Positions 8,591 through 16,785 of a stretch of 32,000 nt of DNA are shown piece by piece; the stretch's first letter is position 1, and each line of letters begins with the position of its first letter. The translations under genes were made by a program, and so were the position numbers. The DNA is from Dubosiella newyorkensis (GTDB lineage: Bacteria > Bacillota_I > Bacilli_A > Erysipelotrichales > Erysipelotrichaceae), in assembly GCF_001945605.1 (NCBI RefSeq), contig NZ_MPKA01000053.1:1-32000 (forward strand), written 5' to 3'. The notes under the pieces were generated by a model that did not search any database, was not told where the DNA came from, and was given only the letters and a program-made list of their open reading frames with translations.

Positions 8591-11221
8591 CTAATCCACG
8601 ATCTGGATCGAAGAGCCTTGTTCTCCATTTTTTTGGACCCGGATCTGCTGGTCGATCCGCTCTTTAAAAGCGTTTGTGTGTGAAATCACTCCAACAAGTC
8701 GATGATCCGAAAGATCGATCAGCAAGTCGATCGCTTGATTCAGCTTTTCTTCATCCAGAGTGCCGAAGCCTTCATCGATAAACATCGTCTCGATCGAAAT
8801 ACCTCCGCTTTGTTCTTGAACCATATCCGATAAACCAAGCGCCAGCGATAAAGAAGCTTCAAACGATTCTCCACCCGAAAGCGTATTCACGCTCCGCTTC
8901 GTATCATTATAGTGATCGATGATCCCTAAATCTAGACCGCTTTGCGAACGTTTATTGATCGCAGGAAGCAGGATCAGCTCATATTGTCCATCGCTGATCG
9001 CCATGAGCCGAATATTGGCTTTATGCAAGATTTCCTGAAAATAAGCGCTCTGTACATACGTTTCCAACTGGATCTTATTTTTGTCTTTAAGCTTTCCGCT
9101 GAATGTATCCGCCAATGATTTAAAGAGTTGATACTCTTTTTCGATCGCCTGTTTTTGCTGGATCTGTTTTCTGATTTGTTCAAGGACATATCGCTCATTT
9201 TGTTCAAACCTCTCAAGCTGAAGGATCTCTTGATCATATTTATTTTTAGCCTCTTGAAAACTTTGAAGCTCCTCTTCGTTTTTTTGAAGCGCCTTCTCCA
9301 GTTCGATCTCCGATTCTTCTTGTTCTTTTCCGATCGTTCCTTCGAGTTCTGCCTTTTTTTGACTGATCGTTTGATACTTTTTATCTTGTTCTTCCCGTTC
9401 TTTTCGATCATCCTCGATCATTTTGTTCAACGCTTTGAGCCGATGATCGATTTCATCTTTCGCTTTACATTCTCCAAGCTGCCGGATGGATGCTTGGACC
9501 GACGCGTTTTGACGGTCCCATTCAGCGACCTCCGCTTGAATTTGAGCAAACTTGCTTTCCAAATTGGTTTTTTGTTTTTGAAGCTGGACTTTTCGAATCT
9601 TCGCTTGTTCTTTTTTCGCGATTTCTCTTCGGATCTCGATGAGCTTTTGCACGATTTGTGCTTTTGGTTTGCACGCGGCATACTCCTCTAATTCTTCTTG
9701 AATATAGGATAACGAAGCATTGGAATGCGCCAACGCTTCGCTCTGAGTCGATAGAACGCTCCTTTTTTGCTCGACATTCTCTTTTTGTCGATCAATATTT
9801 GCTTGATCGATCGAAACATCCACTAGACGGGCTGGTAAAGGATGCGAAAGCGAACCACACACAGGACAAGGCTTGCCTTCCTCCAAATGGCTTGCCAAAA
9901 AACCAGCCTGTTGGTCAAAAAACGCCAATTCCAGCGACGAAAGCTGATCCATTTCGTTTTTCAAAGCGACCTTCGCTTTTTGATAGGCAAAACGGATCTG
10001 TTCTTGTTTTTTAGACTCGATCTCTTCTTCCTTGAGCAACGCTTCTTTTTTTTGGGCTTGCTGAAGATAGGAAAGCCAGATCTGTTCTTGCGCTTTTTCA
10101 TCCCCATCTTCCAAAAGCTTGTCCAAAAGAGCCATTTCTTCTTCGATTTCATGTTTTCTTTGTTCTTGCTCTTTGAGCAAACGGGATCCGCTTTCAAGCT
10201 TCTTTTTGATCGTCTCCCAATCCTTTAAATACTTTTCTTTGGCATCCGCTTTCATCATTTCATCTTGGAGTTCTTTTTTCTGTTCAATCCAACCTTCGAC
10301 CATTGCTTTGCTTTTGGCTAGACGCTCTCGATCAAGACACGCTTGTTTATAAAAAGGCATGAGTCTCTCGAGTTCTTGTTTAGCCGCTTCTTTGAGTGCC
10401 CGCTGCTTTTTCATTTGAAGCAAAACTCCATTTTCTTGACTTTTTATTTGGATCCTCTGTTGGATCGTGTCTTGCGCTTGCTGATGCTGCATTTTTCGTT
10501 GATGCGCTTCTCCGATTCCCTTCTCCAACCGATGGAGCAATTCACTCTCTTCATATTCTTGATCTTTCGAAAGGATATTCGAAAGCTGACGCGTCTGATC
10601 GAATATTTGTTCGATCTTTCCATAATCCGATTTGATTTGATTCGCTTTCAGATTGATCTTCTCTTGAAAGCGGGCATACGCCTCGGTGTGGAAAAGCTCT
10701 TGAAGGATCTTCGAGCGCTCTTCCGTCTTGGCTAAAAGCAGCTTCAAGAAATCATTTTGAGCGATCATGCCGATCTGCTTGAACTGAGCTCGATCCATTC
10801 CTAAAATCGACTCGATCTTCGCGTTGACTTCCCCCGCCTTTACGAGCGGAAGTGTATGATCTTCAAAATACAGTTCCGTTTGCGCTTTTTGTTTCGTAAA
10901 GCCCTCCCCTCGCGCCTTAGGCCGTTCATATTCTGGCGAACGATAAACCGTATAAATTCGATCCTTTACGCAAAATCGAAGCACGACAAACGTTTTCGTG
11001 GTTGGCTTGGCGTATTGAGAACGGATCATATTCGTTTCCTTTTGGTCCCCGCTCACGCTTCCAAAAAGGGCGTATACGATCGCATCAAAGATCGTCGTCT
11101 TGCCTGCTCCTGTCGTTCCGCTCACTAAATACAATCCATTTTTTCCAAATCGTTCAAAGTCGATCGACTCTTCGTTCGCATACGGTCCAAAGGCGCTCAT
11201 TTTTAATTGCAGTGGTCTCAT
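8591..11221 (-). CDS. sbcC: SbcC/Rad50-type ATPase subunit of the SbcCD nuclease.
   Basis: Walker A GTTGAGKTT, long coiled coil with a CPVCG zinc hook, signature LSGGE and Walker B MFIDEGFGTLD. The start at 11221 (MRPLQLKMSAFGPY) forms an ATGA overlap with the sbcD stop. Confidence 0.92.
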   Translation of the reverse strand: MRPLQLKMSAFGPYANEESIDFERFGKNGLYLVSGTTGAGKTTIFDAIVYALFGSVSGDQKETNMIRSQYAKPTTKTFVVLRFCVKDRIYTVYRSPEYERPKARGEGFTKQKAQTELYFEDHTLPLVKAGEVNAKIESILGMDRAQFKQIGMIAQNDFLKLLLAKTEERSKILQELFHTEAYARFQEKINLKANQIKSDYGKIEQIFDQTRQLSNILSKDQEYEESELLHRLEKGIGEAHQRKMQHQQAQDTIQQRIQIKSQENGVLLQMKKQRALKEAAKQELERLMPFYKQACLDRERLAKSKAMVEGWIEQKKELQDEMMKADAKEKYLKDWETIKKKLESGSRLLKEQEQRKHEIEEEMALLDKLLEDGDEKAQEQIWLSYLQQAQKKEALLKEEEIESKKQEQIRFAYQKAKVALKNEMDQLSSLELAFFDQQAGFLASHLEEGKPCPVCGSLSHPLPARLVDVSIDQANIDRQKENVEQKRSVLSTQSEALAHSNASLSYIQEELEEYAACKPKAQIVQKLIEIRREIAKKEQAKIRKVQLQKQKTNLESKFAQIQAEVAEWDRQNASVQASIRQLGECKAKDEIDHRLKALNKMIEDDRKEREEQDKKYQTISQKKAELEGTIGKEQEESEIELEKALQKNEEELQSFQEAKNKYDQEILQLERFEQNERYVLEQIRKQIQQKQAIEKEYQLFKSLADTFSGKLKDKNKIQLETYVQSAYFQEILHKANIRLMAISDGQYELILLPAINKRSQSGLDLGIIDHYNDTKRSVNTLSGGESFEASLSLALGLSDMVQEQSGGISIETMFIDEGFGTLDEEKLNQAIDLLIDLSDHRLVGVISHTNAFKERIDQQIRVQKNGEQGSSIQIVD

Positions 11222-12327
11222 ATCGTTTCTTCCCAAAGATCCTTGATGATCTTTTTTTGTTCCTCGCTGATCGCGTTTCCATTTTGTTCTTGATAAAAAG
11301 AAGCGATCAAAGCGAGAGGATCGATCGCTTCCATTTCTTGCACCGATCGCGTTTCCAGCTTTCCTTGTCGGCGATTTTTGTAGGTGATCTTTAAGATCTT
11401 TGGATAAATTGTCTCCAACTTTTTGCGGACATAAGGAATATCGTGTTCATCCAACAAAACGATCGAATAGTAATCTTCTTTATTGAGATCTTGGTAGAAT
11501 GTTTTAGAACTCAATGTCATATAATCGCCTTCGATCTCTACAAAATCGTGAAGGGCAGGCACTTCGATCTCATGCACTTCGATTTTTTTATCACAAATAT
11601 CGAGAAGGAGCGCTCTTTTCTTTTGATGGATCTCATCGACCGAATACTTTAAAAGCGTCCCCGCATAACGGATCTTTTCCGTTACGCTTTGTGGAGAATG
11701 CAAGTGACCAAGAGCGACATAATCGAAAGGCTCGAACACCGAAGCTTGGATCCCATCGCTACCGCCCACGCTCTTTTGTTCGGAATCACAGCGCTGCGAG
11801 CCTTCGACAAATTGATGGGCCATTAAAATATTGAACGCTTCCGGATCCAGATCGATCGTCCCCAACGCGTAACACACCGCTTCTTCATCGCTGCTACATG
11901 CTGGATCTAGTTTTCGAACATAGGCTTTTTTTAAAAAGGGAAGCATATAAATATGGATCTTCTGTCCATTTTTTTCTAATTGTAATCGATCCACATGACC
12001 ATCGAATCGCGCAGCAATATGGATCTTATGTTTTTGAAAAAGCCAATCTCCATATTTGAGCCGATTGGCGGAATCATGATTACCGGCAATGATACACGTT
12101 TCGATACCACGCTCGCTCAACTTCGCAAGAAAGCGGTCGAACAGCTGCATCGCCCATTCGCTAGGCATGCTGCGATCATAAATATCACCTGCGATCAGCA
12201 GTCCATCGACCTTTTGGGAGTCGATCAAATCGAGCACGCGATCGAGCATCGCCTCCTGTTCTTCCTGCATCGAATATCCGTGGACCTGTTTTCCTAAATG
12301 GAGATCTGAAAGATGTAATAGTCGCAT
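11218..12327 (-). CDS. sbcD: SbcD/Mre11-type nuclease subunit.
   Basis: Calcineurin-like phosphoesterase motifs LHLSDLHLG, GDIYD, GNHD and GHLH. It lies immediately upstream of, and overlapping, sbcC. Confidence 0.92.
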   Translation of the reverse strand: MRLLHLSDLHLGKQVHGYSMQEEQEAMLDRVLDLIDSQKVDGLLIAGDIYDRSMPSEWAMQLFDRFLAKLSERGIETCIIAGNHDSANRLKYGDWLFQKHKIHIAARFDGHVDRLQLEKNGQKIHIYMLPFLKKAYVRKLDPACSSDEEAVCYALGTIDLDPEAFNILMAHQFVEGSQRCDSEQKSVGGSDGIQASVFEPFDYVALGHLHSPQSVTEKIRYAGTLLKYSVDEIHQKKRALLLDICDKKIEVHEIEVPALHDFVEIEGDYMTLSSKTFYQDLNKEDYYSIVLLDEHDIPYVRKKLETIYPKILKITYKNRRQGKLETRSVQEMEAIDPLALIASFYQEQNGNAISEEQKKIIKDLWEETI

Positions 12328-12375
12328 AAAGAGCCCCCTAACATACAGTTATAATACCACTTAACCCTAAAAAAG

Positions 12376-12403
12376 CACAGAAAAAGGGCGATCTTATCGC
12401 CCT
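12376..12403 (-). terminator. Intrinsic terminator of the 4-gene operon, overlapping the CPBP stop codon.
   Basis: AGGGCGAT (12385-12392) pairs with ATCGCCCT (12396-12403) around a 3-nt loop, followed on the minus strand by TTTTTCTGTGCTTTTTT. Confidence 0.7.
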
Positions 12404-13317
12404 AACCACATCCATAAGGAACTAAGAATAAATACGAATCCAAAAACAAGGATCCAAACGTTTTTGAAAGCCAATTGATAGACTTCTTTAGGAGAAGACC
12501 ATCGCCTTCTTTCTAGCGTAAATTCCTTTCGTTTAAGGATCAAATAAACGATTCCATAGAGGCACGCTAGCAAAATAACAAAAGGAGCGATCCACATGAA
12601 CCACGTGCTCATCGTCAAAAAAGAAATTGCGTTATTGAGCATATGAATCAAGATCACTAGCGTTAGCGAACGCGTCTTGACATAAAAGTAGCCGAGAACG
12701 CAGCCCATAAAGAAGGCAGGCAGTCCTTGGGCGAAATTCAAATGCATCATTCCAAAGCAAAGCGCGCTGAATACGATCGAAAACGTCTTTCCATACGCTT
12801 CAAAGCTCTTTAACAAAACGCCCCGGAAAAACAATTCTTCTATGGCTGGTCCTATAAGAACGATAGCCACAAATAAAATAAGATCTGAAAACAAGCTCCT
12901 CGAAACCCCAAAATCCGGCTGTTGGATCGGAGCGTTCAACCATTGATTGACCAAAGAAAAAATCAAAGAAAACGCAAATGAAGCAAGCGATAGGAGCGCG
13001 TATCCATTCCATACATCGCTCGCTTTGAATGGACGCTTAAGATCCTCTTTCCAAAAAAGCGGGTAGCGGCTTTTAAAAAACAAGATCGCGCAAAGGCCTG
13101 AAAGAATTGAAGAAAGCAAAAGGATCACGGCACTCAAAACAGGTTCGATAGAAAGCTGAAGATGCATCGGGAGCCAGGCGAGCAAAAATCCAAGACCCAA
13201 TGAACCAATCAAAGAGGCGCACAGCTGAACGAGCAAATAGATCCATAACGATTGCCCGGCTCGATCGATCTTTGAGCACAAACTTGTATAAGCAGTAAAA
13301 ACAGGTGGCTTATTCAT
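12394..13317 (-). CDS. CPBP-family (CAAX/Abi) intramembrane metalloprotease.
   Basis: Multi-TM protein with the motifs EELFFRG, FGMMH and HMLNN. The start at 13317 (MNKPPVF) makes an ATGA overlap with the upstream stop. Confidence 0.85.
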   Translation of the reverse strand: MNKPPVFTAYTSLCSKIDRAGQSLWIYLLVQLCASLIGSLGLGFLLAWLPMHLQLSIEPVLSAVILLLSSILSGLCAILFFKSRYPLFWKEDLKRPFKASDVWNGYALLSLASFAFSLIFSLVNQWLNAPIQQPDFGVSRSLFSDLILFVAIVLIGPAIEELFFRGVLLKSFEAYGKTFSIVFSALCFGMMHLNFAQGLPAFFMGCVLGYFYVKTRSLTLVILIHMLNNAISFLTMSTWFMWIAPFVILLACLYGIVYLILKRKEFTLERRRWSSPKEVYQLAFKNVWILVFGFVFILSSLWMWLGR

Positions 13318-13916
13318 GAGGCATTCTCCTTCTTTGTGTCCCCCAAGCACGCTTGGATCTTTTCTCGCAAAACAGGAACCACGTTTTCTTCAAACCATGG
13401 ATTCTTTTTTCTCCACCCCTGGTTAAGAGGACTAGGATGGACGATTGGGAAATACTTTGGCAAATAGCAAGCGTAATTCTTGACCGTTTCCGTAAGAGTT
13501 GGATACGCTTCTTCTTTTAAATACGCATCGATCGCGTACTTTCCGACTAAAACGATCAGTTCAATATTGGGCATTTGCTCAAGAAGAGCCGTATGATATT
13601 GTTTCATAAACGCTCTTGGTGGCAGATCTCCTGATTTCGCTTTACCTGGATAGTAAAAATCCATCGGCATGATCGCGATCTTGTCAGAATAAAACGTGTT
13701 ATCATCCAATCCCATCCATTCTCTTAGTTTCTTTCCTGAAAGATCGTTGAATGGGATCCCTGTCTCTTCGACTTTTTTTCCTGGCGCTTGTGAAATGATC
13801 AAGATCTTAGCTTGCTTAGAAAGCTGAACGATCGGCTTGATCCCTCTTTGCGTATATTCTGCGTTTCGAGGATCTTGTTCGACCTCGTTGAACACTTGCT
13901 CAAACTCTTTTTTCAT
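13314..13916 (-). CDS. Uracil-DNA glycosylase superfamily protein (SMUG-like motifs).
   Basis: Motif A-like ILIISQAPG and motif B-like HPSPLN. ATGA overlaps at both ends (13913-13916 and 13314-13317). Confidence 0.75.
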   Translation of the reverse strand: MKKEFEQVFNEVEQDPRNAEYTQRGIKPIVQLSKQAKILIISQAPGKKVEETGIPFNDLSGKKLREWMGLDDNTFYSDKIAIMPMDFYYPGKAKSGDLPPRAFMKQYHTALLEQMPNIELIVLVGKYAIDAYLKEEAYPTLTETVKNYACYLPKYFPIVHPSPLNQGWRKKNPWFEENVVPVLREKIQACLGDTKKENAS

Positions 13917-14362
13917 AAAAGGTTCCTTTCATAAACAGTTTCTATCGTGCTTGGATCCCAAGGAGCGCGAAAAGAATCGATCGGATGGAATCCATATTTT
14001 TCATATAGACCGACATGATCGCTCGTTAAATAGATCCGCTCAAATCCGAGATCGGCGGCGTATTTTTCCGCGGAATCGATCAAGCGCTTCCCATAACGAT
14101 TTCCTCGTTTCCGCTCGTCAATAAACAAATAGCGGACATAGGGAGAATATTTTAAAGAGGGGAGGCAGTCTTTTTTAGCGAAATATAAAAACCCATAAAG
14201 GTATCCCTCTTCATAAGCGACGAAAACACGTTCCCATCCTTTGATTTCATGATGCTTCATTTTTTCTCCAAGATGTCTGCCCGCCTTCCATGGGCAGTCA
14301 AGCGCGTATTCCATCGCGTCTTCCCATAAAATATCCCCTTCCATCAATATTTTGACTTCCAT
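13913..14362 (-). CDS. GNAT-family N-acetyltransferase.
   Basis: Acetyl-CoA binding motif RKRGNRYGKRL..A...G...IYL. The ATG at 14362 is preceded by GAGGTGA, which spans the upstream stop codon. Confidence 0.8.
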   Translation of the reverse strand: MEVKILMEGDILWEDAMEYALDCPWKAGRHLGEKMKHHEIKGWERVFVAYEEGYLYGFLYFAKKDCLPSLKYSPYVRYLFIDERKRGNRYGKRLIDSAEKYAADLGFERIYLTSDHVGLYEKYGFHPIDSFRAPWDPSTIETVYERNLL

Positions 14363-14366
14363 ATTT

Positions 14367-15347
14367 TCACCTCGTATCCAATTTTCCAAATTCCCCTTCG
14401 TTAAATCCTGGACGATTAACTTGGTTTTTAAAAGGCTTGTGTTCCACGAGATTTTTCAAGTTGGTTTCCACGAGCTTAGCGAAGAGATCTTTTGTATAGC
14501 GAGAAGCGTATCCTCCCGAAATATGAGGGGTGATGTATACAGATTTTTCGTTCCATAAGCTAGAATGAGGAGGTAGCGGCTCTTCCTCAAAAACATCCAG
14601 AACCATCGCCCGGATCTTTTGCTTGCGCATCACTTCCTCTAATAAACTCGTTTTTACAAATTTTCCACGTCCAACATTGACAAAGATCGCATGGCTTGGC
14701 ATGAGATCAAACATTTCCGCTTGAAAAAAATCGTCAGTATCGGTATTGCTCGGCAAACAATTGATCACAAGATCGGCTTCTGGCAAATATGTTCGAATAT
14801 TGACTAGCTGATCAATCCGATCAAACCCTTCTTTTTCCACTTTCTTTTTTCTAAGACCAATCGTCCTGCAGCCAAAGGCTTTTAAGCGGCTGGCCAATGT
14901 AGAGCCTACATCCCCGACACCTAATATGAGCGCGTTTTTATAGCGCAAGGTTTCTATAGGAATGCGTGTCGTGTTCCACTGGTTTTGGGCTTGAAAGCTC
15001 TTATATTGGTCCGCTTCCCGATATATCGATAAGATCGCTTGGATCACATATTCTGCGATCGTGAATCCAAATGTTCCTGATGAATTGCATAAAACGGCTT
15101 TATGGATCCAACGATTCCAGCCTTCATAACCGGCACTCGGTAATTGAACAAGTTCCAATGATTCGATCGAATCGATTTGTTCTCGCAAAGATTCAGGAAT
15201 GATCCCAATGATCGCGCTGGCCTTTGAAAAATAGGGCATCACATCCTCCTCGGTATCAAAATGCAATTCCAATGTATCCGAGACTTCTCGGAGTTTTTGT
15301 TTTTGGGATTCGTTGAAGGTCGTAAAACAAACCACATGTTTCTTCAC
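14367..15347 (-). CDS. D-isomer-specific 2-hydroxyacid dehydrogenase family protein (NAD-binding).
   Basis: GVGDVGSTLASRL (GxGxxG), NVGRG and the catalytic-His region ITPHISG. GTG start with a GAAGGAA RBS. Confidence 0.85.
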   Translation of the reverse strand: MKKHVVCFTTFNESQKQKLREVSDTLELHFDTEEDVMPYFSKASAIIGIIPESLREQIDSIESLELVQLPSAGYEGWNRWIHKAVLCNSSGTFGFTIAEYVIQAILSIYREADQYKSFQAQNQWNTTRIPIETLRYKNALILGVGDVGSTLASRLKAFGCRTIGLRKKKVEKEGFDRIDQLVNIRTYLPEADLVINCLPSNTDTDDFFQAEMFDLMPSHAIFVNVGRGKFVKTSLLEEVMRKQKIRAMVLDVFEEEPLPPHSSLWNEKSVYITPHISGGYASRYTKDLFAKLVETNLKNLVEHKPFKNQVNRPGFNEGEFGKLDTR

Positions 15348-15458
15348 AATGAATTCCTTCTTTCTATTCTTCCATTGTATCGCTTTTTTGTATTTTGTTT
15401 TGGTAAAGATTACAGAAGTGTTAGGAATTTCTTAATAAATACCCTTTATACTGAGGAT

Positions 15459-15758
15459 ATGACAGATTCAAATTGGACTCTTTTACCTTTTGACTTTCGG
15501 TATGATCTAAAAAACCATCACTTATATCAGCTTGATCAGCGGATCTTTCTTACCCCTACAGAACAGAGGCTGTTCGATATGCTTATAAAAAATCGTGGCC
15601 GCATCGTTCGTCGAGAAGAGCTGACTCTCCATTTATGGAATACAGAACAATTTATCGGAGAAGGCACTTTGACAACATCGATGTCTCGGCTGCGTAAGAA
15701 GATCGGAAATCCCCATTTAATCAAAACGATAAAAGGGATCGGCTATTGGATCCCATGA
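15459..15758 (+). CDS. Stand-alone OmpR/PhoB-type winged-helix DNA-binding protein (Trans_reg_C only, no receiver domain), ~99 aa.
   Basis: LTPTEQRLFDMLIKNRGRIVRREELTLHLW...TLTTSMSRLRKKIG...IKTIKGIGYWI is the effector-domain pattern. The ATG at 15459 follows GAGGA (15453-15457). The longer track ORF from 15261 runs antisense through the dehydrogenase gene. Confidence 0.7.
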   Translation: MTDSNWTLLPFDFRYDLKNHHLYQLDQRIFLTPTEQRLFDMLIKNRGRIVRREELTLHLWNTEQFIGEGTLTTSMSRLRKKIGNPHLIKTIKGIGYWIP

Positions 15759-15785
15759 AAAAGGTCCGGAAATTCCGGACCTTTG
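15757..15785. terminator. Bidirectional intrinsic terminator.
   Basis: GGTCCGG (15763-15769) pairs with CCGGACC (15775-15781), flanked by AAAA and TTT, between convergent genes. Confidence 0.8.
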
Positions 15786-15802
15786 ATCTATCATGCTTTT
15801 TA

Positions 15803-16063
15803 TTAAAGAGCTTTTTTCATTGCTTCTAGAACAGCGATCTTGTCTTGTTCTACAGCTGCGTCTAAAGTTTTTCCTTCTTTTTCGTCTTTTTCAGCCCAAC
15901 CTTTGATTACACCGATACGATCATCGATACGATCTGCTAAAGTTTGACCATATTTTTTTGCATCATCATCGAAATGTGCTTCGAATTCATCAACAACGGC
16001 TTTTCCGTAGTTGCTATCTCCTGCTGCTGCTCTTAATTTAGCGATTGTTTCTTCTTTAGTCAT
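15803..16063 (-). CDS. Small acidic helical protein of unknown function, 86 aa (paralog 1 of a tandem pair).
   Basis: ORF MTKEETIAKL...DRIDDRIGVIKGW...KIAVLEAMKKAL, roughly 40% identical by eye to the neighbouring ORF. There is no SD within 20 nt of the ATG. Confidence 0.7.
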   Translation of the reverse strand: MTKEETIAKLRAAAGDSNYGKAVVDEFEAHFDDDAKKYGQTLADRIDDRIGVIKGWAEKDEKEGKTLDAAVEQDKIAVLEAMKKAL

Positions 16064-16150
16064 AGTGTTTTTTTGTTTACCATTTTTAGGGTTCTTTCTT
16101 CGGCAATTTGGTAAACATCCTTCTTTCTTTTTTCAGTTGTTATGCCGAAA
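16064..16150 (-). promoter_or_regulatory. Structured 5' leader 1: interleaved helices S1 and S2 (pseudoknot topology) plus a displaced SD-like block.
   Basis: Minus-strand order is S1-5' TTCGGCA (16149-16143), AGAAAGAAGG (16128-16119), S2-5' TGTTTACCA (16117-16109), S1-3' TGCCGAA (16105-16099) and S2-3' TGGTAAACA (16082-16074), then 10 nt to the ATG. Confidence 0.55.
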
Positions 16151-16157
16151 CCCGATT

Positions 16158-16185
16158 TTTATATTGTGTTATTGTGTTCGATCAA
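16158..16185 (-). promoter_or_regulatory. Candidate promoter of paralog 1 (TTGATC-N16-TATAAA).
   Basis: -35 at 16185-16180 and -10 at 16163-16158 (minus strand). The position is homologous to the paralog-2 promoter. Confidence 0.4.
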
Positions 16186-16186
16186 C

Positions 16187-16447
16187 TTATGCGATTGCTT
16201 TCAAAGCTTTTTCTACGATCGCAATCTTAGCGGCTTCTTCATCAGCTTTTGCTGCGTCGCCTTCTTCACGATGTTTCTTTTCCCAACCTTTAAGTGTTCC
16301 AAGACGATCATCTAGACGATCTTTTGCATTTTGCGCATATTTTCCTTCTTCACCGAAGTTAGCTACTAAATCAGCGATTACTTCATCACCATATGCAGAT
16401 CCACCGATCGCGTCAGTCAATACTTTTTTGAATTCATCTTTTGTCAT
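16187..16447 (-). CDS. Small acidic helical protein of unknown function, 86 aa (paralog 2).
   Basis: The start is set at the second ATG (16447, MTKDEFKKVL...), which gives exactly the same length (261 nt) and N-terminus MTK(D/E)E as paralog 1. The track ORF begins 12 nt upstream at 16459. Confidence 0.7.
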   Translation of the reverse strand: MTKDEFKKVLTDAIGGSAYGDEVIADLVANFGEEGKYAQNAKDRLDDRLGTLKGWEKKHREEGDAAKADEEAAKIAIVEKALKAIA

Positions 16448-16531
16448 AATTTGTTGCATGCTTTAATGAGGGGAATTACTGGGGGCATCCATAAAAGCAT
16501 ACTGCCTTCTTTCTATCTTCTTTATATGCCC
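16448..16531 (-). promoter_or_regulatory. Structured 5' leader 2: the same S1/S2 architecture as leader 1 built from different sequences.
   Basis: Minus-strand order is S1-5' GGGCAT (16531-16526), AGAAAGAAGG (16514-16505), S2-5' ATGCTTT (16500-16494), S1-3' ATGCCC (16488-16483) and S2-3' AAAGCAT (16464-16458), then 10 nt to the ATG at 16447. Confidence 0.55.
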
Positions 16532-16551
16532 TATCCTTTATTTACAGTATC

Positions 16552-16580
16552 AATATACCCTTTCGCATAGAGATCATCAA
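16552..16580 (-). promoter_or_regulatory. Candidate promoter of paralog 2 (TTGATG-N17-TATATT).
   Basis: -35 at 16580-16575 and -10 at 16557-16552 on the minus strand. Confidence 0.45.
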
Positions 16581-16785
16581 CTTTGATGCCCGTAAATGTA
16601 TTCTTTTTATTGTACATTTCAAAAAAAAAAGAAATCTGCTTATTTTCCTTTATATAAAGACTATTTCTTAGATTTCACAAGGAGATTCAAATCTTGATTG
16701 TTATAAAACGTGCACATTCTCTACTTGTTTTCTAAAAAAAATGCGTTATTATAATTGGCTTTTTTCAATACTCCTGCCTTGAGGA

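Noticed and set aside
8974-10735. A stack of 80-190-aa ORFs on both strands inside sbcC (for example 8974..9411, 9128..9691, 9842..10228 and 10343..10735).
   Set aside because: They lie within the K/E/Q-rich coiled-coil region of SbcC. Low-complexity GAA/AAG-rich DNA gives stop-free alternative frames that translate to implausible F/L/S/R-rich peptides. None has an RBS or a recognisable motif.
15425-15439. A near-identical AT-rich word, GAAT(T)TCTTAATAAA, in two divergent promoter regions (15425-15439 and 19223-19236).
   Set aside because: There are only two copies, with an indel, in AT-rich intergenic DNA where such matches arise easily. There is no dyad symmetry and no third copy.
16074-16500. 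Short upstream ORFs inside the two leaders (MFTKLPKKEP in leader 1 and MLLWMPPVIPLIKACNKL in leader 2) as leader peptides.
   Set aside because: The two peptides share no sequence or length. In leader 1 the ATG is only 1 nt from the SD-like block. What the two copies conserve is base-pairing, not coding potential.
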